Positions 13,434 to 24,370 of a stretch of 64,000 bases of DNA are shown here, one piece after another. The DNA is from Tubulanus polymorphus (taxonomy: Eukaryota; Animalia; Nemertea). The stretch covers positions 16,375,653-16,439,652 of the forward strand of contig NC_134028.1 of the NCBI RefSeq assembly GCF_964204645.1, read 5' to 3'. Each line of letters opens with the position of its first letter. The first letter of the stretch is position 1. Position numbers and translations under genes: made by a program. The notes under the pieces were generated by a model, which made no database searches, was not told the DNA's origin, and saw only the letters and a list, made by a program, of their open reading frames with translations.

Positions 13434-14294
13434 TAATACAGAGGGTACTTTCAAGCATCAATACCAGATACAATTAGGCCTACATGTTAAGACACATTCA
13501 GTCCTCAAAACATTTTGTTAGAGATAAGCACGGCGCTAGTATGTACGACCACATATTGCAGGTAACAAATTATTGCAACACTTATGCTATACTCTTTAAT
13601 TGCATTCTGGGCGGCCTTAAAATCACTACAGTCAGTAGATGACAGCGCAGTCTATGTCGAATTGTCCGCCATACATATGTCATTCAACATGCTAATGTAA
13701 AACGCTGATCCGTTATACTATCTGTAGACGGAACGGTCTGGTTTTGAGTCATCTGAAATAGTCAGTTCCGTTTTTCTTGGTATCAACCAATCCAACTCAA
13801 TCATTGAATTTATTGAAGAAACACGATCTCAGAAGTCGGATCTTATTATCATAGTACACATCATTTTACATTTTTAGGCCCTTAAAGTCGTAATTATTGA
13901 GGTTTTGGGCGCCGGAGCAGCCGGCAGCTTTTCCTGAGAGACTTAGAGATGCTGTCAAATTTTTTTACAATAGATTAGATAGTGATGCACGTTCCCTATT
14001 AATTTCAGCACGCTAAGCATCTTCACCCGTCAAGGGATTCGAACCCACTACGCTAAAGCTGTTCGCCGAACCCCTTCACCTCACAAGTTCAAGTTCAAGA
14101 TCAAGTTCAAATTTATTTCACAGAAAGCATGACAGGCTATGTACACAGGTTGAGAGAAAACAAACAATAAAATTTACAATTTTATTTCTATGCGCCGTAC
14201 TTATCTCTGACAAAATGTTTTGAGGACTGAATGTGTCTTAACATGTAGGCCTAATTGTCTCTGGTATTGATGCTTGAAAGTACCCTCTGTATTA
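13434..14294. repeat. 103-bp inverted repeat pair (13434-13536 / 14192-14294)
   Basis: TAATACAGAGGGTACTTTCAAGCATCAATACCAG...CGGCGC is reverse-complemented at 14192-14294 with ~3 mismatches. Confidence 0.85.
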
Positions 14295-14417
14295 CAAAGC
14301 ACGAGTCGTTGGAGTCGTTACTAGCCGACCAGAATCCAGTCGTACCATTCACACGCTTGTAACAAACGACTATAGGCTTCTATTGGTTTTCCCGTTAAAT
14401 GGACCAATCAGCGAACT

Positions 14418-15311
14418 GACTTCAATGTTGATAACTTTCTTATATATTTAAACTCCCTTTACCCGTCTCTGGCTTTTACGTATGAATGGGAATCTAATAG
14501 TAAAATACCTTTTCTGGATGTTTTGATTTTTAACTGTGGATCCTTTTTGAAATTCGCGGTTTATAGGAAACCTACCAACGCTGAATCCTACCTCCATTAC
14601 TTCTCTTTTACTTCTCCGGATATTAAACTCGGTTTAGCTCAAGGATTATTTCTTCGCGCTTTGAGAATTTGCGACCCCTCATTTCTACCCGATGAAATTC
14701 ACCATATTAACCAATCTCTCAAAAAACTTGCCTACCCCGATTTCCTATTGAAAAAGGCTCTACTTAAAGCTCGTACTACGCATTTTAGAAATAACAACCT
14801 TAGAACTCCTACGTTGGCTACCGATAAACAGCCTATCATTGTACCGTATGTACCTTTCCTCGAGAATTCTAAAGTTTCTCTTCGGTCACTAAATAAACAA
14901 CTTATCTTTAAATACAATAATAAACTTAGTAACATATTGATTAATAACAAACCGAAAACCGAATCCCTAAACTGTGGAATTTATAAAATACCTTGTAAAG
15001 TTTGCGACAAAGTATATATAGGAGAAACAGGTCGGAATCTTAATCAACGCATAAAAGAGCATAAATTAGATGTAAAAAACTTTAAACCTGAAAGCGGAGT
15101 TGCTAGTCATGTTTTTCAGACTTCACATAATTTTGATTTTGCTAATGCTGAATTAATTTACCCTTGCAGCGATAAAACTAGAAGACATATTTTGGAATCT
15201 GCATTAATTATTGAAAATTCGAACAACGTTGTAAACCTTAACAATGGTTTTTCACCCCATAATAAACTTATATCAAAATTCCTCTGTAAACTGGTTAAAC
15301 TCAACACTTGA
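14418..15311 (+). CDS. Penelope RT C-terminus plus GIY-YIG endonuclease (5'-truncated open frame)
   Basis: GIYKIPCKVCDKVYIGETGRNLNQRIKEH...SGVASH..HNFDF..RHILESALI..NLNNG. Confidence 0.88.
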   Translation, partial: DFNVDNFLIYLNSLYPSLAFTYEWESNSKIPFLDVLIFNCGSFLKFAVYRKPTNAESYLHYFSFTSPDIKLGLAQGLFLRALRICDPSFLPDEIHHINQSLKKLAYPDFLLKKALLKARTTHFRNNNLRTPTLATDKQPIIVPYVPFLENSKVSLRSLNKQLIFKYNNKLSNILINNKPKTESLNCGIYKIPCKVCDKVYIGETGRNLNQRIKEHKLDVKNFKPESGVASHVFQTSHNFDFANAELIYPCSDKTRRHILESALIIENSNNVVNLNNGFSPHNKLISKFLCKLVKLNT

Positions 15312-15620
15312 TTTCCCCTTTGATTATTTGTTATTTGTTCTCTCATCAATTTCCTCTCTGACTTAACTTGTATTCACCTTTGTTTTAATTTAAGTGCCCC
15401 CTAGTTTGTCTTTCTTTTTACTACTGACTTTAAGTTTCATTTATATTTATACTGACTATTGTTATTTATAATCACCCCTTAGTTTGCTTCCCTTTAATCT
15501 ATTTTAGCGTGTAACTGTTTCTACGTTAATTTTCCTTTAGTTTGTATCATCTCTGATTACTTGAATTATTCTCTTTGTCTCTGGATTGTATATATATCTC
15601 ATAATTTTTGTAGTATCTCA

Positions 15621-15667
15621 TTATTCCTGAAGATGACTATTAGGATATAGTCGAAACGTTGAAATAA
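15621..15667 (+). ncRNA. Minimal type I hammerhead ribozyme in the Penelope 3' pseudo-LTR
   Basis: TTATTC-CTGAAGA-t-GACTAT(taggat)ATAGTC-GAAA-CGT-T-GAAATAA. This gives the core boxes CUGANGA and GAAA, stem II and a palindromic ACGU stem III. Confidence 0.8.
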
Positions 15668-15917
15668 ACTACTATCTCGAAGTTTCTTTTTCGGACTTTT
15701 TATTATCATTGTGGGATTCTCTCCTCATCGCGTCAACACGGATATAGTGTTCTACCAATCGTAATCAGCGAACGTTTTACTGAACAAGGAAGTATTTCGC
15801 AAATCGATATATGACGTCATGCACAACAGCGCCAGTAATGAAATCACGCTTCGTGAGGCCAGGGGGCTGGTGGAAGCGAGTTCGGGAGTGAAACCGGACC
15901 CCTGGCAAGCAAAGATG

Positions 15918-16290
15918 CACGCTAAGTACCCTAGAAATATTTTTTCGGGTCCCTGAAAATCGGTAAACTTGCCATATTTGATACGTTTTCGGCGCCGGAG
16001 CAGTCCGCAGCTTTTCCTGAGAGACCTAGACATGCTTTCAAATTTTTTTCAATAGATTAGATAGAGATGCACGTTCCCTAATAATTTCAGCACGCTAAGT
16101 ACCCTACAAATATTTTTTTCGGGTCCCTGAAAATCGGTAAACTTGCCATATTTGGTACGTTTTCGGCGCCGGAGCAGCCCGCAGCTTTTCTATACACACT
16201 TAGACATGCTTTCAAATTTTCTAACCATAGATCAGATACTAGTGTATGTTCCCCATTAATTTCAGCACGCTAGGCACCCTGGAAATATTA
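15918..16290. repeat. ~174-bp tandem repeat (2 copies); third partial copy at 13908-14019
   Basis: GGCGCCGGAGCAG..GCAGCTTTTC..TAGATTAGATAG..AATTTCAGCACGCTA is repeated. Confidence 0.85.
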
Positions 16291-16326
16291 GATCATGGAT
16301 GATTTTAACGTATCGGAATCGACGGA

Positions 16327-16540
16327 TTAGAAGATAATATCACGGACCCGCATCATACAGAAGATAACACCACGGAACCGCATCATACAGAAGACAACAC
16401 CACGGAACCGCATTATACAGAAGCTAACACCACGGAACCGCATCATACAGAAGATAACAACACGGAAACGCATCATACACAAAATAACACCACGGAAACG
16501 CATCATACAGAAGATAACACCACGGAGCCGCATCATACAT
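16327..16540. repeat. 30-bp minisatellite, ~7 copies
   Basis: Unit CACGGAACCGCATCATACAGAAGATAACAC. Confidence 0.92.
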
Positions 16541-17358
16541 AGTTTGACGATGGACTCGTAGCGATATCGTAGCTTTATGGCCAAAAAGGAAACGTCGTTG
16601 TCGGATATCCAGTAGGCTATATACCGCATCTCTGTATCCCTAGACAGCATATTGCTTGTTGTATGTTTATTTGTCATTTTTTCCAATAGACTCAAATGGA
16701 TTGTTTTCGGACGATTCCTCCGAGGCTGATGACTCGGGTGCCGATGAATTGTTTATTCCTAAGGATGATTCAAAAGATTTAGAGACATCAGATACAGACG
16801 ACGCAGAGCCCGAGGAGCCACCAGTGATTCTAATAAGAAAAAAAACGAGTTAAGAGACGTCCCACGCCGGAGCCAACCGATTTCGGTAGTCCCGTTAAAA
16901 AAACACGCGCTGTCCGTGACTGCCCCGTGCGAGGGTGTTCCTCAAGAGTTAAACAAATGAGTAGACACCTCAAAAAGGTACACCAATGGTCGCCCTATAG
17001 GGCCAAAAATTGGTAGTAAGTTAAGACTTCGTAGCGAAGACAAACCTTACTTAGACCCAATGTAATTCATTTCATTTTTCAGTCGAATTTTGCCGACTTA
17101 CGCAACAAATAGACGGAATGAGAAAGGTTCCAGAAAACCAAAACCACGAACCTGCATGTTTTGTGGCGTAATGTTCAACCGTGCCAGTTGGCACGAAAGA
17201 AACTGTACATTTGGTAAGATTTATGTTGTACTTTTTCAGCTAGCGAGTGAGGCTGACTTGGAAATCCGCATCGTGGCTAAGTAGTTGATAATTGCATAAT
17301 CTAATAAAGTGAATTTGTGCCCTCAGAACCAAATATTGACGACAATGATAACGACGAT

Positions 17359-17655
17359 AATGTTCCGGAAGCCGTTCCCGCACTCGACGAAGAACACATT
17401 GACGTTCCAGAAGCCGTCCCTGCACTCGGGGAAGAGCACATCGACGTTCCAGAAGCCGTCCCTGTACTCGGGGAAGAACTCATCGACGTTCCAGAAGCCG
17501 TCCCTGTACTCGGGGAAGAACACATCGACGTTCCAGAAGCCGTTCCTGTACTCGCGGAAGAACACATTGACGTTCCAGAAGCCGTCCCTCTACTCGAGGA
17601 AGAAAACATAGATGTGCCAGAATCCGTCCCTGTACTCGAGGAAGAACACACAGAT
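17359..17655 (+). repeat. 42-bp coding minisatellite (DVPEAVPVLGEEHI) x7
   Basis: In-frame tandem units within ORF 17317-17889. Confidence 0.9.
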
Positions 17656-18157
17656 GTAAACGAGAAAACACCTAAAAAGAAGGAGAGTCAAATGCGAACA
17701 CCTGTTAAACGTTCGACGGAATGTGTTAACAAAGAGAAGCTCGAATCTCCGAGAAGAACTCCAAAGAAATTCAATCGCGATAAAGTGATCAATCAGATCT
17801 TAATCGGATTCCTAATCGTGAGTTCATTGACTAGACCAACGATTACACATGCACAGTTATTAATAATCATTCATTTCAGATCTCCTTAGCTCCTTCGGGG
17901 AATGGCCGTGTGGCCCGGCGATATGCGGTCACAGCACGAGTACTGCAAGCAAAAGGGTGGTCGAACAGAAGGTACAGCAGGTGCGCGCTGCATTAAATGC
18001 CTCGGAGTGGCACTTGCAGTCCGAAGCCCTTAAAAAATCCTTTTTTAGTCTCGTCGAGAATGGACTGAAGGCCAACACAGCCATTATATACATGAATTCA
18101 TTTACAGAATTCCTCACATCTTTGGCTGATGTAAGTACATATATAGTGTATATTGTA

Positions 18158-18300
18158 AACTAAGTTTCACGGTATATTATATGCAACATTATATACTATG
18201 TTTCACGGTTATATCATATGTAACATTATATACTAAGTTTCACGGTTATATTATATGTAACATTATATACTAAATTTCACGGTTATATTATATACAACAT
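18158..18300. repeat. ~37-bp intronic tandem repeat x4
   Basis: Unit TAAGTTTCACGGTTATATTATATGTAACATTATATAC after the donor GTAAGT at 18131. Confidence 0.85.
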
Positions 18301-19973
18301 ATATGCGTCATATTAAAGAAATTAATGGAATCGTTGCAAAAAGAGGCAGACCTGCGGAGGTTGAGAAATTTAATAACTCATTGGAGGAAACTCCTGAACA
18401 GGCGCAAGGACGTTGAAACTGCACAGAAGAACATCGAGGACTCCGGTATGTAATAGTTGCAATATCAAATCCTCCTTGCAATATCTATTCATCATATTTC
18501 CCGAATTTTAGAAAACGTTATAACCAAGGACGATTGGCAGGAAGTCCTCGGTTCCGACATTGCCAGGGACGTCGTCAAATTTCTCGGGGCAAGGTGTCGT
18601 GCATTACAACGGCGCAGTTCACGGCTGTCCGGAATCATCTCATTACCTATATTTGTACCCAGAATGCACAACGAGCTGGCGTTGTTAACCATCTTACCGT
18701 ATCGGATATCGATAGAATTCGGCTCGTCGAATCAGATGATAACGAAGACCTATACCACGTGACAGTAAGTAATACTTAAGATACATATTCAATTTTCCTG
18801 TGCCATAATTATCACTTCACAATTCACGTAGGTGACAGGCGACCCAGAGCGAGGTCATAAGACTGTTTCGACGCATGGTGCAGTTATTCTGTATTTAACC
18901 GGTGACCTGAAAAGATTGCTATCTCTCTACATCGAAAAAGTACTGCCACTAGTAATTAGAAATGTGCGTCCACACAAGGTGGGTAAGTTTTGCGGGAACA
19001 AAATTAACCAAAATGAGCATGTAAGTATCTTGAATTGTTGTACGTCTCAGTTAATTGTCACAATAATTATTGTTATCATTTTCATCTAAGTGTACTGCAG
19101 CGCTATTGGAAACAGTCGACGGGAAAATTTAAACCGATTACTAATAAACTAATCAGAAAGTCCGCAACAAAACTGACTCGCACAGAGCACCCAGAGACGG
19201 CTGATACTTTGGCGCAGCTGATGTGCCACAGTACAGCAACAGCAAACAAATACTACATGATCGGACAAAAAGTGAAACATATAGAGGGCGCGGCTAGGGC
19301 CGTTATGAAAACGTTTGGAACAGCTAACGTATGTACATTTAGTACATTGTATATGCCTCTAATTATACTCCTTTCATGTATTTTGGGTGTGGTATTTTTA
19401 GTCATCTGAAGTACGAAACATCGTTACGGTGCAGAAAAGGACAGAGGTGCAAGTGCCAGTTAATCAAGTGCCAGATGAGCATTCTTACCTTCCTCTTGTA
19501 AGTATTAAACCACATTAGGCTTCTGTGGAATTTCCCAGTAAATGGGCCAATCAGCGAACACGTAGCGAACGCGGAAGTATTGTCGCGTGTTGATATATGA
19601 CGTCATGCGCAAAAGCGCCAGTAATGAAATCGCGATAATTCACGTGAACAGCTGCTGATATTTTCAGATAAACCAATCACAGGGAAGACACAACTTCCTG
19701 ATTGGCTGATAAAAATTGAAATTTTCCCGATTTAACTTTCGTGAAAAATGCAGAAAACATTTTTATGAGACCCTATTTCAAAATTCTGCTCGCTACGATT
19801 CCGAGAATGGATTACGCTTAAATACGTGATTTGTTCGAATTTGCCCTCACTTGGCAAGCAAAAGAGCCTTTTGTGTGGAAACCATGTCATTTAAATTCGC
19901 TCCATTTGTATAGTAATAGGCTCAGCCTACGGCTGGCCTAATAAAACAACTTGGTCTTTGTTTTAACTGCTCA

Positions 19974-22900
19974 ATGTCGAGTCAACAGTCACGTCAGTGT
20001 CCGTCAAGAATCAAATGTAAAAAATGCCATGTTGGAAGACATCACACTAGTATTTGTACCGGAAGTCAGTCACGAGGACAAGCACAGACTGGAGGACAGG
20101 GTTCGAGTTCAGATTTGGCAGGTGTTCAAAACGAAAGAGTACCAAATTCGTCATTACAAAATGGTCAAGGTCAAGGTCAAAGTCAAAGTCACGTCTCTGC
20201 TGCGGTCCATGATAATGCTGATTCTAGCCAGGTAGATGTAATTCAGAATATTGATGCCCCAACCGTATCCAGGAATGTTGCTGTTGCTGTTGCTGTCTCT
20301 GGAAATTACTGTAATGCTACACTACAAGGAGGATTACTGAAAACTGCTGTTTCGCAAGTTGAAAATGCTGTATCGGGAATTAGAACGAAAGCTAATATTT
20401 TATTAGATGATGGGTCTCAAAGAAGTTTTATTCAAGAGTCGTTGGCTGAAGAACTTCAACTTGTTACTGAGCGTGAAGAACTGTTACGATTGGCTAGTTT
20501 TGGGTCTCAGTCGGCAAGTGATGTACGTCTTCTTCCTGTGGTTAAACTAAGGTTGATATGCAGAGGTGAAGAAGTTTTTGAGATGGAGTTACTTGTCGTT
20601 CCGGAAATTGCAGCACCGATAAAGAATATGTCTAAAATTACTAAAGAATTTTCTCATTTGGAAAATTTGACATTAGCGCATCCCGTTGATGATACTGATT
20701 TATTCAACATCACTGTACTAATCGGATCGGATTATTACTACAATATTGTTAAAGATGAGATAATCAGAGGATCGAGCGAAAATTATCCCGTGGCAGTTAA
20801 TTCGAAAATTGGTTATTTATTGTCGGGTCCGATCAGCGAAGCATATAGTAGTCATTCGTCCGCGTCAATGGTGACAATGCTAGACACATTGGTTAACAGT
20901 ACCGACGATAAACTCAATATGAAAAGACTATGGGAATTGGAATCTATAGGGATTGAAAGTCCTGATGCATCGAAGCGTGAGTCAGTTTCTATGGAGGAGT
21001 ACTGTGCTGAGTCGATTAAATTTACCGACGGTAAATATGTTGCGCGTCTACCATGGAAGAGTGACCACCCGCCATTGAATGACAATTTTACAATGTGTCG
21101 TGCACGGACTATGTCGACTATAAAACGATTGGTTAGCAATTCAATGTTGGAGACTTATGCTGGTCTAATAACAGAACAAGAAAGAAGAGGATTTATAGAA
21201 CGAGTTCCAGACGCAGCACCAACTGATGGATCATGTCATTATTTACCACATCATGCCGTGATAAAAGACTCTAGTACAACACCGCTCCGTATTGTCTTTG
21301 ATTGTAGCTGTAAGACAAATTCATCCATAAGCTTGAACGACTGTCTGGAATCGGGACCCCCTCTACACAATGATATTGTCGGAATGTTATTGCGTTTTAG
21401 AATCGGGAAATATGCTGCGGTCTCAGACTTGGAAAAAGCTTTTCTATCCATCCTTCTGGCAGAACAGGATAGAGATATGACACGTTTTCTCTGGTTAGAA
21501 GATCCGAAAAATCCAGGAAGTAATTTGGTGACATTCAGATTTCGCGCGGTATTGTTTGGAGCAACGTGCTCGCCGTTCATTCTTAATGCTACAGTCCTTA
21601 AACATTTACAGCTGAATACGTCATCAATCACTGATTTGATTGCTAAGAATATATACGTGGATAACGTCATAATCTCGATGAATGAGCAGTCATCTATGAC
21701 AGATTTTTACGAACATTCTCGTCAGTTATTGAAGAAAGGTGGTTTTAATTTACGATCATGGAGTAGTAATTGTCCAGAAGTAATGGAACGAGCGGAACGA
21801 GATGGTGTTGCTGAGAAATCGGTTAAAGTGAAGGTACTTGAACTCAGATGGGATTCTGAAAATGATAATTTGAGACTATTACCCGTTACATTTTCGTCGA
21901 TTCATCAAGATTCATTGACTAAACGAATGATTCTCAGTGATTCATCAAAGGTCTACGATCCGATAGGATTTATTTCTCCACTGTTGATTAACGCTAAAGC
22001 ACTGCTGCAGGATATGTGGAGAAGAAGTCTTGTATGGGATGATCCAGTACCAGAAGATATTAAAGATCGTTGGGTTAAAATTTCAACAGAAACATCTCAA
22101 GCTCTGGATTTTGACTATGGACGTATGACGTTTGACTATGGTTTAGACTCGATAGAAGGCTGCGAGTTACATGTATTTGCAGATGCAAGTGAAAAGGCTT
22201 ATGGAGCTGTCGCTTATCTAGTTCGTGATACAGATTCAAGATTACTGATGTCGAAGTCAAGAGTTGCACCCGTTAAACAACTATCAATTCCACAACTGGA
22301 ACTTGTCGCTGGTGTAATTGCGTCACGGTTGGCTAAGTTTATCATGGATGCGATTGGTACACCTAAGAAGCTGTTTGCGTGGTCTGATAACCAGTCAGTA
22401 CTGTATAGATTACAATCTGATAAACCATTGAAGTCGTTCGAATTGAACAGAATTACAGAAATTAAGAGTCAAGTTCCAGATGCTGTTTGGGGATACTGCC
22501 CAAGTTCAGAGAATCCAGCTGATGTATTAACACGCGGTTGTACAGCATCTGAGCTAAGATGCAATAGACTATGGTGGGAAGGCCCAGAATGGTTACGCAC
22601 TGGTGATCACTCTAAGTGGTCTGCTGAGTCAACGTTGCTGAATGTTCAATTACCAGTACTTGAAGAAGTAGGAAAGAACATTGAACCTGAGAAGATTGGG
22701 ATTGATCAGATTATTGATGCTCGAGATTATTCTGATTTAAACAGATTATTTAGAATATCAGCATGGGTAATGAGATTCGTTGATGTTGTACGTGGTGATC
22801 AGAAAAACAGAGAAGAAAATTTGAGATCGTCTGAAATCGAAAGAGCTAGAATTGAATGGATTAAAGCGGCACAGAGAGACGAATTCGCTGCTTCTCGAGA

Positions 22901-24341
22901 AATGATGCGTGGACGTAGTAAGATTAAGGTTGATATCGTTCATCAACTTAATCTCTACATCGATGATGATGACGTGATTAGATGTCATGGTCGAATTGGT
23001 AACTCGGATCTGCCGTTCTCCGCAAAGTTCCCAGTATTGTTGCCGAAAACTCACAGATTGGCTCAACTTGTCGTTCGAGATGCACATGAGAGAGTTTTCC
23101 ATCTTGGGATTAATTCAACCGTAACTTTCATCCGACAGTCGTTTTGGATTCCGTGTGTACGTCAGTTAGTGAAGAGTATGGTCCGTCAATGTGTCGTCTG
23201 TCGTAAACTATCAGGTCGTCCATTCAAGCTTCCTGTCGAGCCACCGTTGCCAGGTGCGCGAGTAGCAGATGTTCCCGCGTTTTTCCATACTGGTATTGAC
23301 TTTGCTGGTCCGTTCAACGTGAAGATGATGTCAGAATCTCGGAAGTGCTATATCTGTCTATTCACATGCTCAGTGAGTAGAGGTTTACATTTGGAAGTCA
23401 CAGAAGATCAGTCTACAGAATCGTTCATGAGAGCTTTTAGAAGATTTGTAAGCCGTAGATCTCTACCAAAGAAGGTTTTGACTGATAATGCTGCAACCTT
23501 CAAGAAAGCATCAGAATATGTGTCGAAGAAAGGAGTAGAGTGGTCCTTCATAACGAAAAGGGCTCCATGGCATGGAGGCTTTTGGGAGCGTTTAGTTGGC
23601 ATTGTGAAGATGGTATTGAAGAAGGTTATAGGAAGAGCTCATATCTCGTTTGATGAATTTCGGACAGTGGTATCGGAAGCAGAGGCTATCGTCAACGACA
23701 GACCACTGACGTACAGTTCTACCGACATAAACGATGAAGCCCCTGTTACACCGTCGCAGCTGATGTGTGGTCATCGGCTGACTACACTTCCACATGATTT
23801 TATCACCCCGGAAGAGCTGGTAGATCCAGACTTCCAGATTCAGAAGAATGAAGCAGACGTGAGAGCTAGAAGATTATACGAGATATTAACGCGATTTCGT
23901 AGTCGATGGTCTAAAGAGTATCTTACAGCCCTAAGAGAGTATAATCAACGATCTGGAAAAGAAGAACAAGTAAAGGTTGGCGAAGTGGTGATCATACATG
24001 AAGAAACGCCAAGGCTTAAATGGAAGTTGGGACTAGTGACAGAACTGTTCTATGGACCAGATAGAATATGTAGATCTGTTGCATTAAAGACAGCAAATGG
24101 TTTCACGAACCGAGCAGTGTCCAAGCTGTATCCACTTGAACTACGAGCCAGTCCAGATGTCAAATATACCAACATAGACGTCGAAGACGATAGACGAACT
24201 CATGCAGCAGAAGATGGCCGAACTAGAACTCATGCAGAAGAAGATGGCCGAACTAGAACTCATGCAGAAGAAGATGATCGGTTACCAAGACGAGCCAAAA
24301 CAGAAGCCAAGAACCGAATTTTTGAAATTTCTCGTAATTAA
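19974..24341 (+). CDS. BEL/Pao polyprotein (zinc knuckle, aspartic protease, RT, RNase H, integrase), 1455 aa; true start lost
   Basis: CKKCHVGRHHTSIC, LLDDGSQRS, YLPHH, DLEKAF, YVDN, FADAS, HHCC zinc domain, GIDFAGP / TDNA / WERLV. Confidence 0.93.
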   Translation: MSSQQSRQCPSRIKCKKCHVGRHHTSICTGSQSRGQAQTGGQGSSSDLAGVQNERVPNSSLQNGQGQGQSQSHVSAAVHDNADSSQVDVIQNIDAPTVSRNVAVAVAVSGNYCNATLQGGLLKTAVSQVENAVSGIRTKANILLDDGSQRSFIQESLAEELQLVTEREELLRLASFGSQSASDVRLLPVVKLRLICRGEEVFEMELLVVPEIAAPIKNMSKITKEFSHLENLTLAHPVDDTDLFNITVLIGSDYYYNIVKDEIIRGSSENYPVAVNSKIGYLLSGPISEAYSSHSSASMVTMLDTLVNSTDDKLNMKRLWELESIGIESPDASKRESVSMEEYCAESIKFTDGKYVARLPWKSDHPPLNDNFTMCRARTMSTIKRLVSNSMLETYAGLITEQERRGFIERVPDAAPTDGSCHYLPHHAVIKDSSTTPLRIVFDCSCKTNSSISLNDCLESGPPLHNDIVGMLLRFRIGKYAAVSDLEKAFLSILLAEQDRDMTRFLWLEDPKNPGSNLVTFRFRAVLFGATCSPFILNATVLKHLQLNTSSITDLIAKNIYVDNVIISMNEQSSMTDFYEHSRQLLKKGGFNLRSWSSNCPEVMERAERDGVAEKSVKVKVLELRWDSENDNLRLLPVTFSSIHQDSLTKRMILSDSSKVYDPIGFISPLLINAKALLQDMWRRSLVWDDPVPEDIKDRWVKISTETSQALDFDYGRMTFDYGLDSIEGCELHVFADASEKAYGAVAYLVRDTDSRLLMSKSRVAPVKQLSIPQLELVAGVIASRLAKFIMDAIGTPKKLFAWSDNQSVLYRLQSDKPLKSFELNRITEIKSQVPDAVWGYCPSSENPADVLTRGCTASELRCNRLWWEGPEWLRTGDHSKWSAESTLLNVQLPVLEEVGKNIEPEKIGIDQIIDARDYSDLNRLFRISAWVMRFVDVVRGDQKNREENLRSSEIERARIEWIKAAQRDEFAASREMMRGRSKIKVDIVHQLNLYIDDDDVIRCHGRIGNSDLPFSAKFPVLLPKTHRLAQLVVRDAHERVFHLGINSTVTFIRQSFWIPCVRQLVKSMVRQCVVCRKLSGRPFKLPVEPPLPGARVADVPAFFHTGIDFAGPFNVKMMSESRKCYICLFTCSVSRGLHLEVTEDQSTESFMRAFRRFVSRRSLPKKVLTDNAATFKKASEYVSKKGVEWSFITKRAPWHGGFWERLVGIVKMVLKKVIGRAHISFDEFRTVVSEAEAIVNDRPLTYSSTDINDEAPVTPSQLMCGHRLTTLPHDFITPEELVDPDFQIQKNEADVRARRLYEILTRFRSRWSKEYLTALREYNQRSGKEEQVKVGEVVIIHEETPRLKWKLGLVTELFYGPDRICRSVALKTANGFTNRAVSKLYPLELRASPDVKYTNIDVEDDRRTHAAEDGRTRTHAEEDGRTRTHAEEDDRLPRRAKTEAKNRIFEISRN

Positions 24342-24370
24342 TATTATGTAACTCGTTCACCCCCGGAGAG

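Larger units (their letters stand above)
14417..15762 (+). mobile_element. Penelope-like retroelement, 5'-truncated, with 11-bp TSD
   Basis: RT thumb (IPFLDV..VYRKPT..YLHY.S) plus GIY-YIG endonuclease. AATCAGCGAAC is duplicated at 14406-14416 and 15763-15773. Confidence 0.92.
16690..19500 (+). pseudogene. Multi-exon tyrosine recombinase (Crypton-like) with N-terminal zinc fingers and acidic repeat; a few frameshifts
   Basis: Catalytic signature lies in order across exons: NAQRAGV (R, 18672), GHKT (K, ~18860), LIRKS, LMCHS, KYY (~19251). Zinc fingers CPVRGC..RHLKKVH (16921-16983) and CMFC..H..C. Canonical GT..AG introns, e.g. 17214-17326, 17818-17879 and 18765-18831. Confidence 0.8.

Noticed and set aside
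14021-14060. tRNA-like B box on the minus strand
   Set aside because: No A box or cloverleaf; at most a SINE fragment.
16327-16695. 122-aa ORF of (MMRFRGVIFC)n and CRISPR-like periodicity
   Set aside because: It is a read-through of a 30-bp minisatellite with no unique spacers and no cas genes, in a eukaryotic context.
17240-17671. Antisense and alternative-frame ORFs over the 42-bp repeat
   Set aside because: Shadows of the coding minisatellite; only the acidic plus-strand frame fits the splice sites.
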